A stretch of 64,000 nucleotides of DNA from Candidatus Marinacidobacterales bacterium (GTDB taxonomy: Bacteria > Acidobacteriota > Vicinamibacteria > Marinacidobacterales > DATDRI01). Position 1 is the first letter of the stretch. Each line of letters begins with the position of its first letter. The notes below the pieces were generated by a model that saw only the letters and a list, made by a program, of their open reading frames with translations, made no database searches and was not told the origin of the DNA. The position numbers were made by a program, and so were the translations under genes. The DNA lies in contig CBDCNP010000002.1 in the NCBI GenBank assembly GCA_965219415.1, forward strand, positions 992,001 to 1,056,000, in the 5' to 3' direction. Shown in pieces: positions 40,598-51,472 of the stretch.

Positions 40598-42853
40598 CTA
40601 GCGGCCGATGTCGAATTGCTTGGTGTACTTGACGATGAGCTGCCGACCTTTCGGGCCTCTCTCGAATCCGGTGCGCTCGAAAACGCCGAAGTGTTGGATG
40701 TCGTTGTACACGACGTGCAGGCCGGTGCCGGCGGTGTTCAGCCAGCCGAAGCGGATGTTGCTGCCGACGTCCTGGCTTTCGTTATCGTACTGTATCGTGG
40801 CCTGAAGAAAGATCCGCGGCGTGAACGTGTACGAAACCTTGAGCGCCACGAGCGATGTCACAAAGTCGCCCTCCTCCAGGTTCACATCGAAGTAGCTCAT
40901 CCGCAGCGACGTGATGAACTTATCCTGGTAGCGGTAGTTGACCGTGGTGGTGGTTCCCACCCGTCTACCCGAAAAGAAGCCGCTCGCGTCGATGCTGCTC
41001 TCGATCGAGAACGGGGCGCTTTCGTTGGTGTTGGCCCGGAATCCCCAATTGAAGTTGTCGTAGCGTCCAGGAGGGATGACGATCCCTTCCCTGATCTCGA
41101 ACGGCTCCTTGAGACCTTCGCCAATGAAGTTCAACGCCGGCAGCTGGAAGAACGCCCCGTTCTCGAACTCGAAGTGGCTATCGATATGAACCATGTAGGT
41201 CTCGGTGAACCCCTCGAGGTCCCAGTACTGACTCCACGAAGCATGCGGTCTCAACTCCCTGAACCATGCGACATTGGGAAAACGGTACACACGCATGACA
41301 CGGGTGTTGATGTGGCGGTAGTCTTCCCGAGACAGGAACCCAACCTCGGGGTTGAACCCCGCCCCGATCTCCCGATAGCCCGCGGACAGACGCCAATCCC
41401 GGGTATCGTACGCGCTGCTGAAGTTGAACCCGTATTGCCCGCTCTCCACTCCGGGCGTCGTCGTCCCCGCCGCCCAGCCGGTGAAATTGACGACCTCTCC
41501 GATTCCGTAGGTACCATCGACCGCGTAGGTGAGGTTGTAGTCGCTCGTATTGTCGGTGTTCACTCGCGAAACGAAGATTCCGCCCACACGGGTGCGGTTC
41601 TCGAACTCCTGGAAAAGTCGCACCACACCGAAGTTGTTGGGTGGCTCGTGAAGATCCTCACCGAGTTCGTCGTCGAAGACATCGAGGAAGTCAGCCTGGA
41701 TCGCCAGCAACGCGACCTGCATCCCGGCCATCTTGCCGGTCAAGCGGGCGCCGCCCTGGATCGGAACCGATTCGCCTTCGAAGAGGCCGATGCGCCTACT
41801 GAAAAACAAATCGGCAGATCGCGGCGAGCCTACTGAAAACGATCCCGCGTTCTCGAGAAAGAACAACCGCTTCTCCGGAAAAAACAAGGGGAATCGGGTG
41901 AGGTTGATCTGTAAATCATCCACCTCGACCTGAGCGAAGTCGGTGTTGACCGTCAAGTCCAACGCCAGGCTCTGCGTCAGCCCGATCTTGGCCTCTCCGC
42001 CGATCGCACCGTCACCGGTCGCCGAGGAGTCGCGCGTATAGTCACGAGAAACATCACCGAGAACATAGGGCGTTATCGTGAAGATCTTCCGGTTGGGTGC
42101 CTCGAACTCGGTGAGGGTTCCCGCAAGCGATACGCGGTACAGATTGAAGTTTCTAGGAATTGGTGACCATACCGCCTCTTCGTTGCGGATGCGGATGTTG
42201 CGCGCAAAGTTTATCCCCCAGGTCTGCTCACCTCCTTTGCGGTAGCGCAGAGTATCGAAGGGGATGCGAAGCTCGGCGTACCACCCCTTGTCGTCGGTGG
42301 ACGTTGCGACGTTCCAGGCACCGTCCCAATTCAAGTTGAATCCGCCGCCGGACCCTCCCCGCTGACGTCCGCCGCCCCCGCCGCCGCCACGACCGTCGCG
42401 GGTAACCTGACCGTCGTACTCGATACCCGCAGGCGTGGTCCCGAAGGCGAACGCGTTCTGCCGATCCAGATAGGTATCGAGGACCATCAAGAAGGCGTCG
42501 GTGTTCTCGAGTGAAGCATCGCGTCGCGTCTCCCCTACGATAATGGTGGAAGGATCGTCGACGAACATCCAGGCGCCGACGTATAACGCCGAGTCGTCAT
42601 ACAACAGACGGATCTCGGTGCGCTCCGAGACCGGTTCTCCTTCGACCGGCTCGCGCTGCACGAAGTTAGCCAGGATCGGTGCGTCGTTCCACGCGACGTC
42701 GTCGAGACGTCCGTCGACGATCGGAGGCTCCGTTACCAGAGCGGCCGATCCCACCGGTACCCGGGTCGGGTCTGTGGTCGCGGAGGAATCCTGAGCCTGG
42801 AGGGTAGGTGCTGAAAACGAGAGGACTACGATAGGAGTGATCAGGCTGCGCAC
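40598..42853 (-). CDS. CBM9-like + DUF5916 outer-membrane protein
   Basis: PIVDGRLDD, LTVNTDFAQVEVDD, RFPLFFPEKRLFFLE, LFFSRRIG; beta-strand C-terminus. Confidence 0.88.
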   Translation of the reverse strand: MRSLITPIVVLSFSAPTLQAQDSSATTDPTRVPVGSAALVTEPPIVDGRLDDVAWNDAPILANFVQREPVEGEPVSERTEIRLLYDDSALYVGAWMFVDDPSTIIVGETRRDASLENTDAFLMVLDTYLDRQNAFAFGTTPAGIEYDGQVTRDGRGGGGGGGRQRGGSGGGFNLNWDGAWNVATSTDDKGWYAELRIPFDTLRYRKGGEQTWGINFARNIRIRNEEAVWSPIPRNFNLYRVSLAGTLTEFEAPNRKIFTITPYVLGDVSRDYTRDSSATGDGAIGGEAKIGLTQSLALDLTVNTDFAQVEVDDLQINLTRFPLFFPEKRLFFLENAGSFSVGSPRSADLFFSRRIGLFEGESVPIQGGARLTGKMAGMQVALLAIQADFLDVFDDELGEDLHEPPNNFGVVRLFQEFENRTRVGGIFVSRVNTDNTSDYNLTYAVDGTYGIGEVVNFTGWAAGTTTPGVESGQYGFNFSSAYDTRDWRLSAGYREIGAGFNPEVGFLSREDYRHINTRVMRVYRFPNVAWFRELRPHASWSQYWDLEGFTETYMVHIDSHFEFENGAFFQLPALNFIGEGLKEPFEIREGIVIPPGRYDNFNWGFRANTNESAPFSIESSIDASGFFSGRRVGTTTTVNYRYQDKFITSLRMSYFDVNLEEGDFVTSLVALKVSYTFTPRIFLQATIQYDNESQDVGSNIRFGWLNTAGTGLHVVYNDIQHFGVFERTGFERGPKGRQLIVKYTKQFDIGR

Positions 42854-42878
42854 GGCGGCTCGTTGCGATCGAGTTCGA

Positions 42879-44372
42879 TCAGTTCAGGACGAACTCGAAT
42901 TCCTCGGTGACTGTTTCCTTCTTTACCTTATCGATCACCCTGATCCGAAGCGTGTAGCTTCCGGGTTCGAAATGAGACAGGGCGATATCGGCGTTTCCTA
43001 CGGCGGTCTCGTCATCTGCGGGAAGCGGTTGCACCGCGGTTTGAGTCAATCGCTTCCCGTCCCTCAAGAAGATGTATTGTTCCGTTAGGCTCGGCTGGCC
43101 GGTCTCCTCATCCACACCATAGCCATAGACGAAGTAGAAGATCCCAAGGTGGTCGCTCGTCTTGTACGTGAGCGCATCACTCGTGATGGGGACCAGGTGC
43201 GTCGAGCCGAACTGAAAAGCGTGTCCCGGCATTCCGGCCGTATCCGAAACCTGACGGGCTTCACTGTAGACGAGCACCGAGGATAGCCCGAGCGTGTTAC
43301 CAAAATCCGGAACCTCCACGGGAAAGACCTTGGTGCCTACCGTCTTGGATTCGTTATCTAGGACACCAAAAAGGAATGTGTACTTGCCCGGAGCAACTTG
43401 GATCGGCATCTCATAGGTCACGGTCCTCTCTTCGTTCCTGGTGAGCTCGACCTCCTGCTCGAATGGGTGGAGGGTTTGACCTTCGGCAGTCTGGACGGCA
43501 CCGAACAATGTCACCTGAGCAATGTCCTCCTTCCAGCTCAACGCTTCTGCCTGAATCTCGAAAAGGATGGGAACGTAGATACTCCCCTCTTCAGCCTGGT
43601 AGAAGAACCTCCACGCTTCGAAGGAAATGGCTGGGTTTTCGATTCTGGTGCCGAGCAACTCGTCGAGCAGCGTCTTGGTGCGACCACTTAAGTCGGCAAG
43701 GTTGGAAGGCTCCAGCAAGCGACCCTCATCGTCCCTGGTATAGGTGATGCCTCGGTTCACCACGTATCGAGCCTTCGCCCGCTCCAGGGCCGCTTCGACC
43801 TCTTCGGAGCGGACCAACCGGTATCCCCCACGCTGGCGCGCGTCCGTCTTGCTTGTGACTCGGAACACCACGGTGAGCCCATTCGGGATCCCGAGGGAGG
43901 GGTTGGGATCGTACTCCCAAGCGAGTTGCTGCGGTAGTCTGTCCAAGTTTGGGTTGTCGTTAAACGGGTCCGAATCGTATTCTCGGAGTTCATTGCTGTT
44001 GCGGCTCGGACCACCCAGCAACATAAAAACCGCCCCCATGTCGGTTAGCGAGCCCTTCTGACCCGGGGTTCGGATCTCGCCGTCCGCTCGCTTGATTCTC
44101 CTTTTGTATTCCTCCCGAAACTCGTTGTCCGGTGTCATGGGATCCGGGTCTCGCCGCGCCCAGAAGAGCTCCTTAAAAAGCTTTCGGTCCTCAGACGGTA
44201 GGTCCTCGAAGATCTCGATCTCCTTGGCGGTTATCAAAGCGGCGACCTCCTGCTCGAGCCACTTCTTGTCCTTCTTGCTCAGCTTGTCCCCTTCACTCGC
44301 GATTGCGGCGATCCCTACTAACGAAAGGAGCGCGAAGACGCCAGACAGCCTGTAGATATTTAGCCTCTGCAT
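42879..44372 (-). CDS. GWxTD-domain protein (GSLTD variant)
   Basis: KKWLEQEVAALIT, FWARRDPDPMTPDNEFREEY, GSLTDMG..LGGP; Ig-like C-terminus PGSYTLRIRV. Confidence 0.85.
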   Translation of the reverse strand: MQRLNIYRLSGVFALLSLVGIAAIASEGDKLSKKDKKWLEQEVAALITAKEIEIFEDLPSEDRKLFKELFWARRDPDPMTPDNEFREEYKRRIKRADGEIRTPGQKGSLTDMGAVFMLLGGPSRNSNELREYDSDPFNDNPNLDRLPQQLAWEYDPNPSLGIPNGLTVVFRVTSKTDARQRGGYRLVRSEEVEAALERAKARYVVNRGITYTRDDEGRLLEPSNLADLSGRTKTLLDELLGTRIENPAISFEAWRFFYQAEEGSIYVPILFEIQAEALSWKEDIAQVTLFGAVQTAEGQTLHPFEQEVELTRNEERTVTYEMPIQVAPGKYTFLFGVLDNESKTVGTKVFPVEVPDFGNTLGLSSVLVYSEARQVSDTAGMPGHAFQFGSTHLVPITSDALTYKTSDHLGIFYFVYGYGVDEETGQPSLTEQYIFLRDGKRLTQTAVQPLPADDETAVGNADIALSHFEPGSYTLRIRVIDKVKKETVTEEFEFVLN

Positions 44373-44516
44373 GTAGATCCCCCTTTCGACTCGCTAACTC
44401 TACGCCGTCAACAACATAAAATCCAGCCGCCAATTCCGGTTGTTGACACTGGCTTTGTGGTCCTTGACTCGAGGACGCTCTGGCCTTCATATTGAATCCC
44501 TTCAACGAAGATAACT

Positions 44517-45635
44517 ATGACGAAGAAGCTGAACATCGCGATGATCGGCTACCAGTTCATGGGCCGCGCCCACAGCAATGCGTGGCGCCAGGTCAACCGG
44601 TTCTTCGACGCTCCCTTCGAGCCAGTGATGAAGGTGGTCGTCGGACGCAACGAGACCGCGGTAGAAGCGGCCGCACATAAGCTCGGCTGGGAGGAGCATT
44701 CCACCTCCTGGGAGGCGGTTGTCGAGCGGAAAGACATTAATGTCATCGACATCTGCACTCCCGGCGACAGTCACGCGCCGATTGCGACGGCCGCTGCCGA
44801 GGCGAAGAAGGTCGTCTTCTGCGAGAAGCCGCTCGCCAACACCGTCCCCGAGGCGGAGCAGATGCTGGCCGCCGTCAAGAAGAACGGCGTCACCCACATG
44901 CTCTGCCACAACTACCGCCGTGCGCCCGCGGTATCGCTCGCACGACAGCTCATCGAGGAAGGACGCCTAGGAAAAATCTACCACTACCGCGGCACCTATC
45001 TTCAGGACTGGATCGTGGATCCCGAGTTCCCACGCGTCTGGCGCCTCGAGAAGAGCAAGGCGGGCTCCGGGGCGTTGGGCGACATCGCCTCTCATTCGCT
45101 CGACCTGGCACGCTACCTCGTGGGCGAGATTCGCGAGGTGGCGGGTCTCCTGGACACGTTCATCAAGGAGCGACCTCTTCCGGGCTCCAAGGAAAAGGCT
45201 CCGGTGGATGTGGATGATGCGGTGCTTTCGTTGCTTCGTTTCGAAAACGGTGCGGTCGGTAGCGTGGAAGCCACTCGCTTCGCGCTCGGCCGCAAGAACT
45301 TCAACCGGTTCGAGATAAACGGCAGCAAGGGGAGCCTCGTCTTTGACCTCGAACGTATGAACGAACTGGAGCTCTACCTGGATGAGGGACCCAATAGCGG
45401 CTTTCGTACCGTTCTCGCTACCGATGCCGCACATCCTTATGTGGCGGGCTGGTGGCCGCCCGGGCACATCATCGGTTACGAGCACACGTTCACCCACACC
45501 GTGCTCGATCTACTAAAGGCGATCGACGGCGGGGAGACGCCGGTCCCTAACTTCGAGGACGGCGTGCGCAATCAGAAGCTCCTGGCGGCGATCGAGAAAG
45601 CCGCCGCCTCCCGGAGCTGGGTGGAGGTAATGTGA
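44517..45635 (+). CDS. Gfo/Idh/MocA-family oxidoreductase (cytoplasmic)
   Basis: [39 protein letters not shown]. Confidence 0.92.
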   Translation: MTKKLNIAMIGYQFMGRAHSNAWRQVNRFFDAPFEPVMKVVVGRNETAVEAAAHKLGWEEHSTSWEAVVERKDINVIDICTPGDSHAPIATAAAEAKKVVFCEKPLANTVPEAEQMLAAVKKNGVTHMLCHNYRRAPAVSLARQLIEEGRLGKIYHYRGTYLQDWIVDPEFPRVWRLEKSKAGSGALGDIASHSLDLARYLVGEIREVAGLLDTFIKERPLPGSKEKAPVDVDDAVLSLLRFENGAVGSVEATRFALGRKNFNRFEINGSKGSLVFDLERMNELELYLDEGPNSGFRTVLATDAAHPYVAGWWPPGHIIGYEHTFTHTVLDLLKAIDGGETPVPNFEDGVRNQKLLAAIEKAAASRSWVEVM

Positions 45636-45649
45636 TTCTATTCCTTATT

Positions 45650-45734
45650 CCCTCTCCCCATTTGGGGGGAGAGGTCGGCGTCACACGTGGCCGCGCCGAA
45701 GTCGACGTGGTCAGGGACGCCGGGTGAGGGGGGG
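45650..45734. repeat. REP-like palindrome (family of 6034/6120/11389) with an expanded internal hairpin
   Basis: CCCTCTCCCCATTTGGGGGGAGAGG...CGGGTGAGGGG between convergent genes. Confidence 0.75.
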
Positions 45735-45782
45735 CGCTGCCAGGCACCCACGCTGTTGCTTGCGGAGCTAGTTGGATTGGTG

Positions 45783-47051
45783 CTAGCTTCGGTAGGCCTC
45801 GCGTCCTGTTCCCTGGACGGGGATCCCCTGGTCGGAGAGCACCTCACTCTGCAGCGCGAACATACAGGCCGCGGCCTCGTCGATCTTGCGTGTAAACGCG
45901 ATCGACCCTTCCAAGATCGGCTTGAGCTTGTCCTTGTCTTGAATTCGCGCCGGCGGGTACTCGTGCTCGACGACCAGATGCGTGTTCGCCACGTCGAGAT
46001 CGAGGAGCTCCCGCGCCGCGAGCTGATGGTCGAGCCAATCCACGGTGCGGTTCTGCAGGTAAGCGAGCGGATCGTGGCGAGCCGTACCCGGTAGCTCGTG
46101 CTCGCAGAGCACGGTCTGCTTCTTCCATGCGTTGAGTAGATCGGCGGGTACTTCGGACGGCTTGCCGTCCTTCCAGTCGCCACGCTCGAGCGTCTGTCCA
46201 CCATAGCCCCATGCGGAGACTCCACGCGAGTCGATGACCTGCCCTTTCACGTGGAAGCCGCCGATCAGGAACCCGTATCCTTCGTCCTTCAGGTATTGGA
46301 ACATCGAGCGCGTATCTTGTCCCATGAGAATGGAGTGCGAGGGATCGTAATGGATACGGAACTGCTCCCCCACCCCGTGCTTCTCGCAGATCCGGTGCAA
46401 GGCAATCCAGGGGCCCGGCGCATACGCGATGTTGTTGTGGAAGCTGTCGCCGGTGGTCCAGCCGGGCATCGGGCATTGCTCGACGCGATAACTCAACCCT
46501 CGCTCCTTCGCTGTCTTCAGTAGCGGGATGAAGCTCTCCTCGAAATCCTGCAGGTTCTCCTCCATGCTGCGTTCGGCGTTGCGCCCGACGAAACCGCACA
46601 CCGCGTCCGTGTCGAGGAGTACCGCCGCATCGTAGACCCGAAGCATGAAGTCATGCTTCTTCCTCCGGATCTCAGGATCGTGGTGGAGCATGTTGTCGAA
46701 GAACGCGACATCGGAGAGACCGATGCGGTGCTCCTTCTGCACCGCCTTGACGCGCTGGGCCCGCTTCGCGTCGAACGGCTGGCGCAAATCGAGCGTGTTG
46801 GCAACCGGGTCGAGCATCGCCTCCGGAGGCACATCGGCCTCGCTGGGGTGAAGCGCCGCCGAAAGCTGAATGTTGTCGGCATTCATCTGCCGCGCGAACA
46901 CGATCCAATCTTCGATAGCGCGGTCGGGATCGGCGTCGCGGACGTCGCGGGGGGTCAGCTCCTGGAGAGCTGCCGTCAGGACTCCGATCTTCATGAACTG
47001 AGGTTCGAACGCTCGTGGCATGGCTTTCATCCCGTGTTGTGTTGGCGACAC
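45783..47051 (-). CDS. Sugar phosphate isomerase/epimerase (xylose isomerase-like TIM barrel)
   Basis: [29 protein letters not shown]. Confidence 0.82.
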   Translation of the reverse strand: MSPTQHGMKAMPRAFEPQFMKIGVLTAALQELTPRDVRDADPDRAIEDWIVFARQMNADNIQLSAALHPSEADVPPEAMLDPVANTLDLRQPFDAKRAQRVKAVQKEHRIGLSDVAFFDNMLHHDPEIRRKKHDFMLRVYDAAVLLDTDAVCGFVGRNAERSMEENLQDFEESFIPLLKTAKERGLSYRVEQCPMPGWTTGDSFHNNIAYAPGPWIALHRICEKHGVGEQFRIHYDPSHSILMGQDTRSMFQYLKDEGYGFLIGGFHVKGQVIDSRGVSAWGYGGQTLERGDWKDGKPSEVPADLLNAWKKQTVLCEHELPGTARHDPLAYLQNRTVDWLDHQLAARELLDLDVANTHLVVEHEYPPARIQDKDKLKPILEGSIAFTRKIDEAAACMFALQSEVLSDQGIPVQGTGREAYRS

Positions 47052-47083
47052 AAAGTACCTTTGAGTCCCATGCGCGTCAAGAG

Positions 47084-48067
47084 TCAGATCTCTCCAACGA
47101 TACCAAGACCCCGCGACTCGGCCTGCAGCCAGACGTAAGTTGCCGCCGACAAGTCTTGCGCGATCACGCCTAGTGACTTGTACACCGTGATCTCCTCGTC
47201 CGACTCCCGCCCCCGAGCCTCGTCCATCAACACCTCGCCGATCTCGGCGACGATATGCCCATCGTCGACGGCGCCTTCTTCCTTCGCCATTAAAAATTCA
47301 CACGCTTGCGCGAGAGTGCTCTCGCGATAATCCACGAAATAGCGCGAGCGGACAACGAGCTCGGTGTCTACCTCCGCCTTGTCGGGAAACGAAGAGCCCA
47401 CAAGATTGATGTGCATCCCTTCTTCGATCGAACGCCCGAACAGGATGGGCTCCTTCGCCGCGGTGACCGTACAGATGATGTCGGCGCCCTTCACAGCCTG
47501 CTCCACCGAAGCGACGACCTCGACCTCCGCCTTCACCGCGGTTCCATGTACCTCCGCGAACTTCTCGGCCCTTGACTGATCGCGGCCCCAGACTCTGATC
47601 TTCGTGATCTCGCGAACCTCTGGAATGGCCCGCAGGTGCGTCTCCGCTTGCTCGCCGTTTCTCAGAATGGCCATCGTGTGTGCGTCGCTGCGGGCCAAGC
47701 GCTCCGTCGCCACCGCGCTAGCCGCAGCGGTCCGGATCGCGGTGATCACACCGCCGTCCATGATCGCCACCGGTCGCCCGTTATCGGCTTCGTAGAGCAC
47801 CACCAATCCGAGGTGCGAGGACAGGTCCGTCCCTGCGTTTTTCGGGAACAAGCTAACCAATTTGATCCCAAAACTCTCCGGCGCACCGAGGTATCCGTAC
47901 ATCATGCCCAACCGACCACTACCATTGGGCAAAGGCATGCCGTGGCGCAAAGGCATGTGCACATTGCGGCGACTGACCTCAACCATCGCGGCGCGGACCA
48001 CGTCGATACAGGCGGAGTAGGTTAAGACGTCGTGAATATCTCGAGTCGAGACGATTCTCACTTTCAT
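47084..48067 (-). CDS. Ornithine cyclodeaminase/mu-crystallin family protein (Rossmann motif altered)
   Basis: [16 protein letters not shown]; ILRNGEQA where GxGxQA is expected. Confidence 0.85.
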   Translation of the reverse strand: MKVRIVSTRDIHDVLTYSACIDVVRAAMVEVSRRNVHMPLRHGMPLPNGSGRLGMMYGYLGAPESFGIKLVSLFPKNAGTDLSSHLGLVVLYEADNGRPVAIMDGGVITAIRTAAASAVATERLARSDAHTMAILRNGEQAETHLRAIPEVREITKIRVWGRDQSRAEKFAEVHGTAVKAEVEVVASVEQAVKGADIICTVTAAKEPILFGRSIEEGMHINLVGSSFPDKAEVDTELVVRSRYFVDYRESTLAQACEFLMAKEEGAVDDGHIVAEIGEVLMDEARGRESDEEITVYKSLGVIAQDLSAATYVWLQAESRGLGIVGEI

Positions 48068-48071
48068 CGCG

Positions 48072-49316
48072 TCATTCGCCCTGTACCGCGCCCAATCCTA
48101 CGTGATAGGCAACCAATTCACGATTGCTTCGTAAGTAGAGTCGTCCATTCGCGAGACTGGGAGGCGCGTAGCTCCGTCCAGACAAAGCCTGTAGCGAACC
48201 TATTTCTTTGTAGGCATCGGGGCGCGCCTCGACCAACGCTAGGCGACCGTCCGTGCCGAAAATGAGGAGGTGGCCGTCGGCGAGGATCACAGAGCCCTCA
48301 CCGAAACCCCGTGCCGCCCATTTTTCCTTGCCGGTCTTTACGTCGATGCACCTGAAGATGTGGCCGGTGGCGCCGTAGAGATGGCCCCGCCAATAGACGG
48401 AGCTCGGAAAATGGTTCTGGAGCGACCTACTCTCCCAGAGGAGCTCGGCAGAGAAGCCGCTCTGCCCTCGGTCAATTCGAAACAACCTTCCGAGCCCACT
48501 ATGTGCCGAGGAGAAAAACAATTTTCCCGGCGGCACGAGCACCGGCGTCGCCACGTTCTCTTCATTCCTTCCGGCCCGCCACCGCCACGACCACAGTAGC
48601 CTACCGTCACGAGGGTCGGCCCCGACGATCCCGTCGCCCAAGAACGCCACGATCTGTCGCGTTCCTCCGAGCGTCACCGCGATCGGCGAGGAATACCCGG
48701 GGTGCCCATCATACGTTCTCCACAAGACCTCGCCATTGCTAGCGTCGAGCGCGACCAGCGCGTTTCCCAAACCACCAACGGGAACGAACAACTTCCCCTG
48801 CTCGATGAGTGGCGAGCTCGCGTAGCCGAACTGGGGGACTGCGCCACCGAGGTCTTTCGCGAGATGCGTTTGCCATAACACCGCTCCGGTCCTCGCGTTC
48901 AATGCGGCGAGTGTCCCGGAAGCGCCCAGCACGTACACGCGATCGCCATCGATGGTGGGGGTACTACGTGGCCCGTCTCCGTTCACATCCTGGAACCGGG
49001 GGCCCAGTCGCACTTTCCAGATGAGAACGCCGTTCGCGGAATCGAAGGCGGCGGCGTATTCCGTCTTTCTGTCAGAGAAGGCGGTATAGAGCCATCCCTT
49101 CGAAACGGCGACACTGCCGAAACCGGCACCGATGGGGACGCTCCACAATCGGCGTGGCTCCCCGGGGGCCCAAGTTTTCAACAGGCGTTCACCGACGGCG
49201 TGGCCATCGCGATTCTGACCTCGCCACTGCGGCCAGTCGTCGGCTCGGCTCGTCACCCCGGCGATGATCCATGCCGTCGCCGAGTACACGATGAGCCCGC
49301 GAGTCATTGCTGTCAT
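48072..49316 (-). CDS. Secreted PQQ-like (BamB-type) beta-propeller protein
   Basis: DWPQWRGQNRDG, GPRSTP, GYASSP, GYSSP, GRLYLR. Confidence 0.88.
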   Translation of the reverse strand: MTAMTRGLIVYSATAWIIAGVTSRADDWPQWRGQNRDGHAVGERLLKTWAPGEPRRLWSVPIGAGFGSVAVSKGWLYTAFSDRKTEYAAAFDSANGVLIWKVRLGPRFQDVNGDGPRSTPTIDGDRVYVLGASGTLAALNARTGAVLWQTHLAKDLGGAVPQFGYASSPLIEQGKLFVPVGGLGNALVALDASNGEVLWRTYDGHPGYSSPIAVTLGGTRQIVAFLGDGIVGADPRDGRLLWSWRWRAGRNEENVATPVLVPPGKLFFSSAHSGLGRLFRIDRGQSGFSAELLWESRSLQNHFPSSVYWRGHLYGATGHIFRCIDVKTGKEKWAARGFGEGSVILADGHLLIFGTDGRLALVEARPDAYKEIGSLQALSGRSYAPPSLANGRLYLRSNRELVAYHVGLGAVQGE

Positions 49317-49425
49317 TAGGTATTCCTTAATACGCTAGGTTACACCCACCGGGCGGTTGCCACGTCGTTTACTGTGCCGCTTTCTTGACTACCCTGTGAA
49401 CCTATGGTGAAATTCCGGTCATCAA

Positions 49426-50787
49426 GTGCCGCGAGATCCCAAGGACAACAAACTCGTCAACCGGCGAACCTTCCTAAGTAGCAGTGCCGCGGCCGGCGCG
49501 GGCCTGATGCTCTCAGGCCTAGAGCCCGCGCGTGCCAGTATTCGGAATCAATCGGGCGACATCAATGTAGCCCTGATAGGCGCAGGCGCCCAAGGGCAAG
49601 TCCTGCTAGATGCGTGCCTCAAGATTCCGGGGCTGCGATTCAAGGCGGTCTGTGACATCTGGACCGAGTTCAACCAGCGACGCACGGTCCGGCTACTCAC
49701 GAAGTACGGACACGAGGTCACGGGTTACGAAGACTACCAGGAGATGCTTGCCCAGACAGATGACCTCGACGCCGTCATTATTGCAACCCCGGATTTCTGG
49801 CACGCCGAGCATACGGTAGGCTGCCTAAAAGCAGGCCTCCATGTCTATTGCGAGAAAGAGATGTCCAACTCTCTGGCCGATGCTCGCCGCATGGTGCTCG
49901 CATCGCGGGAAACCGGCAAGCTCCTTCAAATCGGACGTCAGCGGAGGAGCAATCCCCGATATATCCACTGCCATAAACTCATCAGGGCGGCGAATCTGCT
50001 CGGGCGGGTGACGACTGCAAACGCCCAATGGAACCGCTCAGTCCAGCCGGATCTTGGTTGGCCTAAGAAGTACGCCATTCCCCCGGCGGTGTTGGAAAAG
50101 TACGGTTTTGATTCGATGAACCAATTCCGCAACTGGCGTTGGTATCGCGACCTCGGTGGCGGGCCAATCGTGGATCTCGGCTCTCACCAGATCGACATCT
50201 TCAACTGGTTCCTCGATGCCACGCCGAGCTCTGTCGTGGCGAGCGGTGGCACCGACTACTACGATACAAGTACCCATGAGTGGTACGACACGGTCATGGC
50301 GATTTACGAGTTTCCAACCAAAGACGGTGTCGTCAGAGCGTTCTATCAAACGATAACCACCAATAGCAGCCAAGGGTATTTCGAGAACTTCATGGGCGAT
50401 GAGGGTACTCTGATGATCAGTGAATCCGCCGCACGGGGCGCCGTCTATCGCGAACCGACGGCGCCGAGTTGGGGAAAGTGGGTCGCCCTCGGATATTTGG
50501 GCGTGCCGGAAGAGACCGAAACAACGCCCGATGGGCCTGGCGAAAATGTAGTTCTTGACGCACGAGAGACCGTACCCGTTGCACAGTACGACATTCCGAT
50601 CGTGTTCAACGATCCCTATCACAAGCCTCACCTGGAGAACTTTTTCAATACCGTGCGCGGCCAGGAGAAGCTGAATTGTCCGGCTGAAGTTGGTTATGAA
50701 ACCGCGGTGACGGTCTTGAAAGTGAATGAGGCCGTTGAATCTCGCGCCGTTCTCAGTTTCGATCCGAATGAGTTCACAATCTCTTGA
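49426..50787 (+). CDS. Tat-exported Gfo/Idh/MocA oxidoreductase
   Basis: NRRTFL signal; GAGAQG, ATPDFWH, YCEKEM, NWRWY, DLGSHQID. Confidence 0.92.
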   Translation: MPRDPKDNKLVNRRTFLSSSAAAGAGLMLSGLEPARASIRNQSGDINVALIGAGAQGQVLLDACLKIPGLRFKAVCDIWTEFNQRRTVRLLTKYGHEVTGYEDYQEMLAQTDDLDAVIIATPDFWHAEHTVGCLKAGLHVYCEKEMSNSLADARRMVLASRETGKLLQIGRQRRSNPRYIHCHKLIRAANLLGRVTTANAQWNRSVQPDLGWPKKYAIPPAVLEKYGFDSMNQFRNWRWYRDLGGGPIVDLGSHQIDIFNWFLDATPSSVVASGGTDYYDTSTHEWYDTVMAIYEFPTKDGVVRAFYQTITTNSSQGYFENFMGDEGTLMISESAARGAVYREPTAPSWGKWVALGYLGVPEETETTPDGPGENVVLDARETVPVAQYDIPIVFNDPYHKPHLENFFNTVRGQEKLNCPAEVGYETAVTVLKVNEAVESRAVLSFDPNEFTIS

Positions 50788-50803
50788 GGAATGACGGAAT
50801 AGG

Positions 50804-51472
50804 ATGATGCGACTGTTTGTTGTTTCAACATTCGCGCTTACGATTTCCGGTGCAGGGCGCACCGCCTGGACGCAAGAGATGGAACCCATCCAGATCGAGC
50901 TGCCGAAGCCCATGTTCGTCGGTACGCCACAGAATTTCAGGCTTCCCAACCTCGAAAAACCCCTCGGTAAGCCACGGCCGCCATTTCTTGCTCCCCCTGG
51001 CACAACGAACGTCGCTCTGGGGAAGCCGGTATCCAGCACCGACGAAGAACCCATTATCGGAGAGCTCGAACTAGCAACCGATGACGACAAGGACGCGGCT
51101 GACGGTAGCTACGTCGAGCTAGGCCCCCTACGGCAGCACATAACGATTGACCTCGAGAGCCGCCACACCATTTATGCCATCATCATCTGGCACTACCACA
51201 AGCAGGCACGGGTATATAAGGACGTCATCGTTCAGGTCTCGGACGAACCCAATTTCGTCACCGCTGTCACGACTATCTTCAATAATGACGATGACAACTC
51301 GTCCGGCTGGGGCGTCGGTTCGGACCTCAACTACGTAGAGACTTCCGAAGGAAAGCTAGTGGACGCCAAGGGCGTTGAGGGGCGATACGTCCGCCTATTC
51401 AGCAACGGAAGCACGAGCAACGATCTGAACCACTATATCGAGGTTGGGGTCTACGGTGTTCCCGCCGAATAA
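50804..51472 (+). CDS. Secreted F5/8-type C (discoidin-like) domain protein
   Basis: Signal peptide; Pro-rich linker; NVALGKPVSS...TIDL...GRYVRLFSNG..NHYIEV. Confidence 0.8.
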   Translation: MMRLFVVSTFALTISGAGRTAWTQEMEPIQIELPKPMFVGTPQNFRLPNLEKPLGKPRPPFLAPPGTTNVALGKPVSSTDEEPIIGELELATDDDKDAADGSYVELGPLRQHITIDLESRHTIYAIIIWHYHKQARVYKDVIVQVSDEPNFVTAVTTIFNNDDDNSSGWGVGSDLNYVETSEGKLVDAKGVEGRYVRLFSNGSTSNDLNHYIEVGVYGVPAE

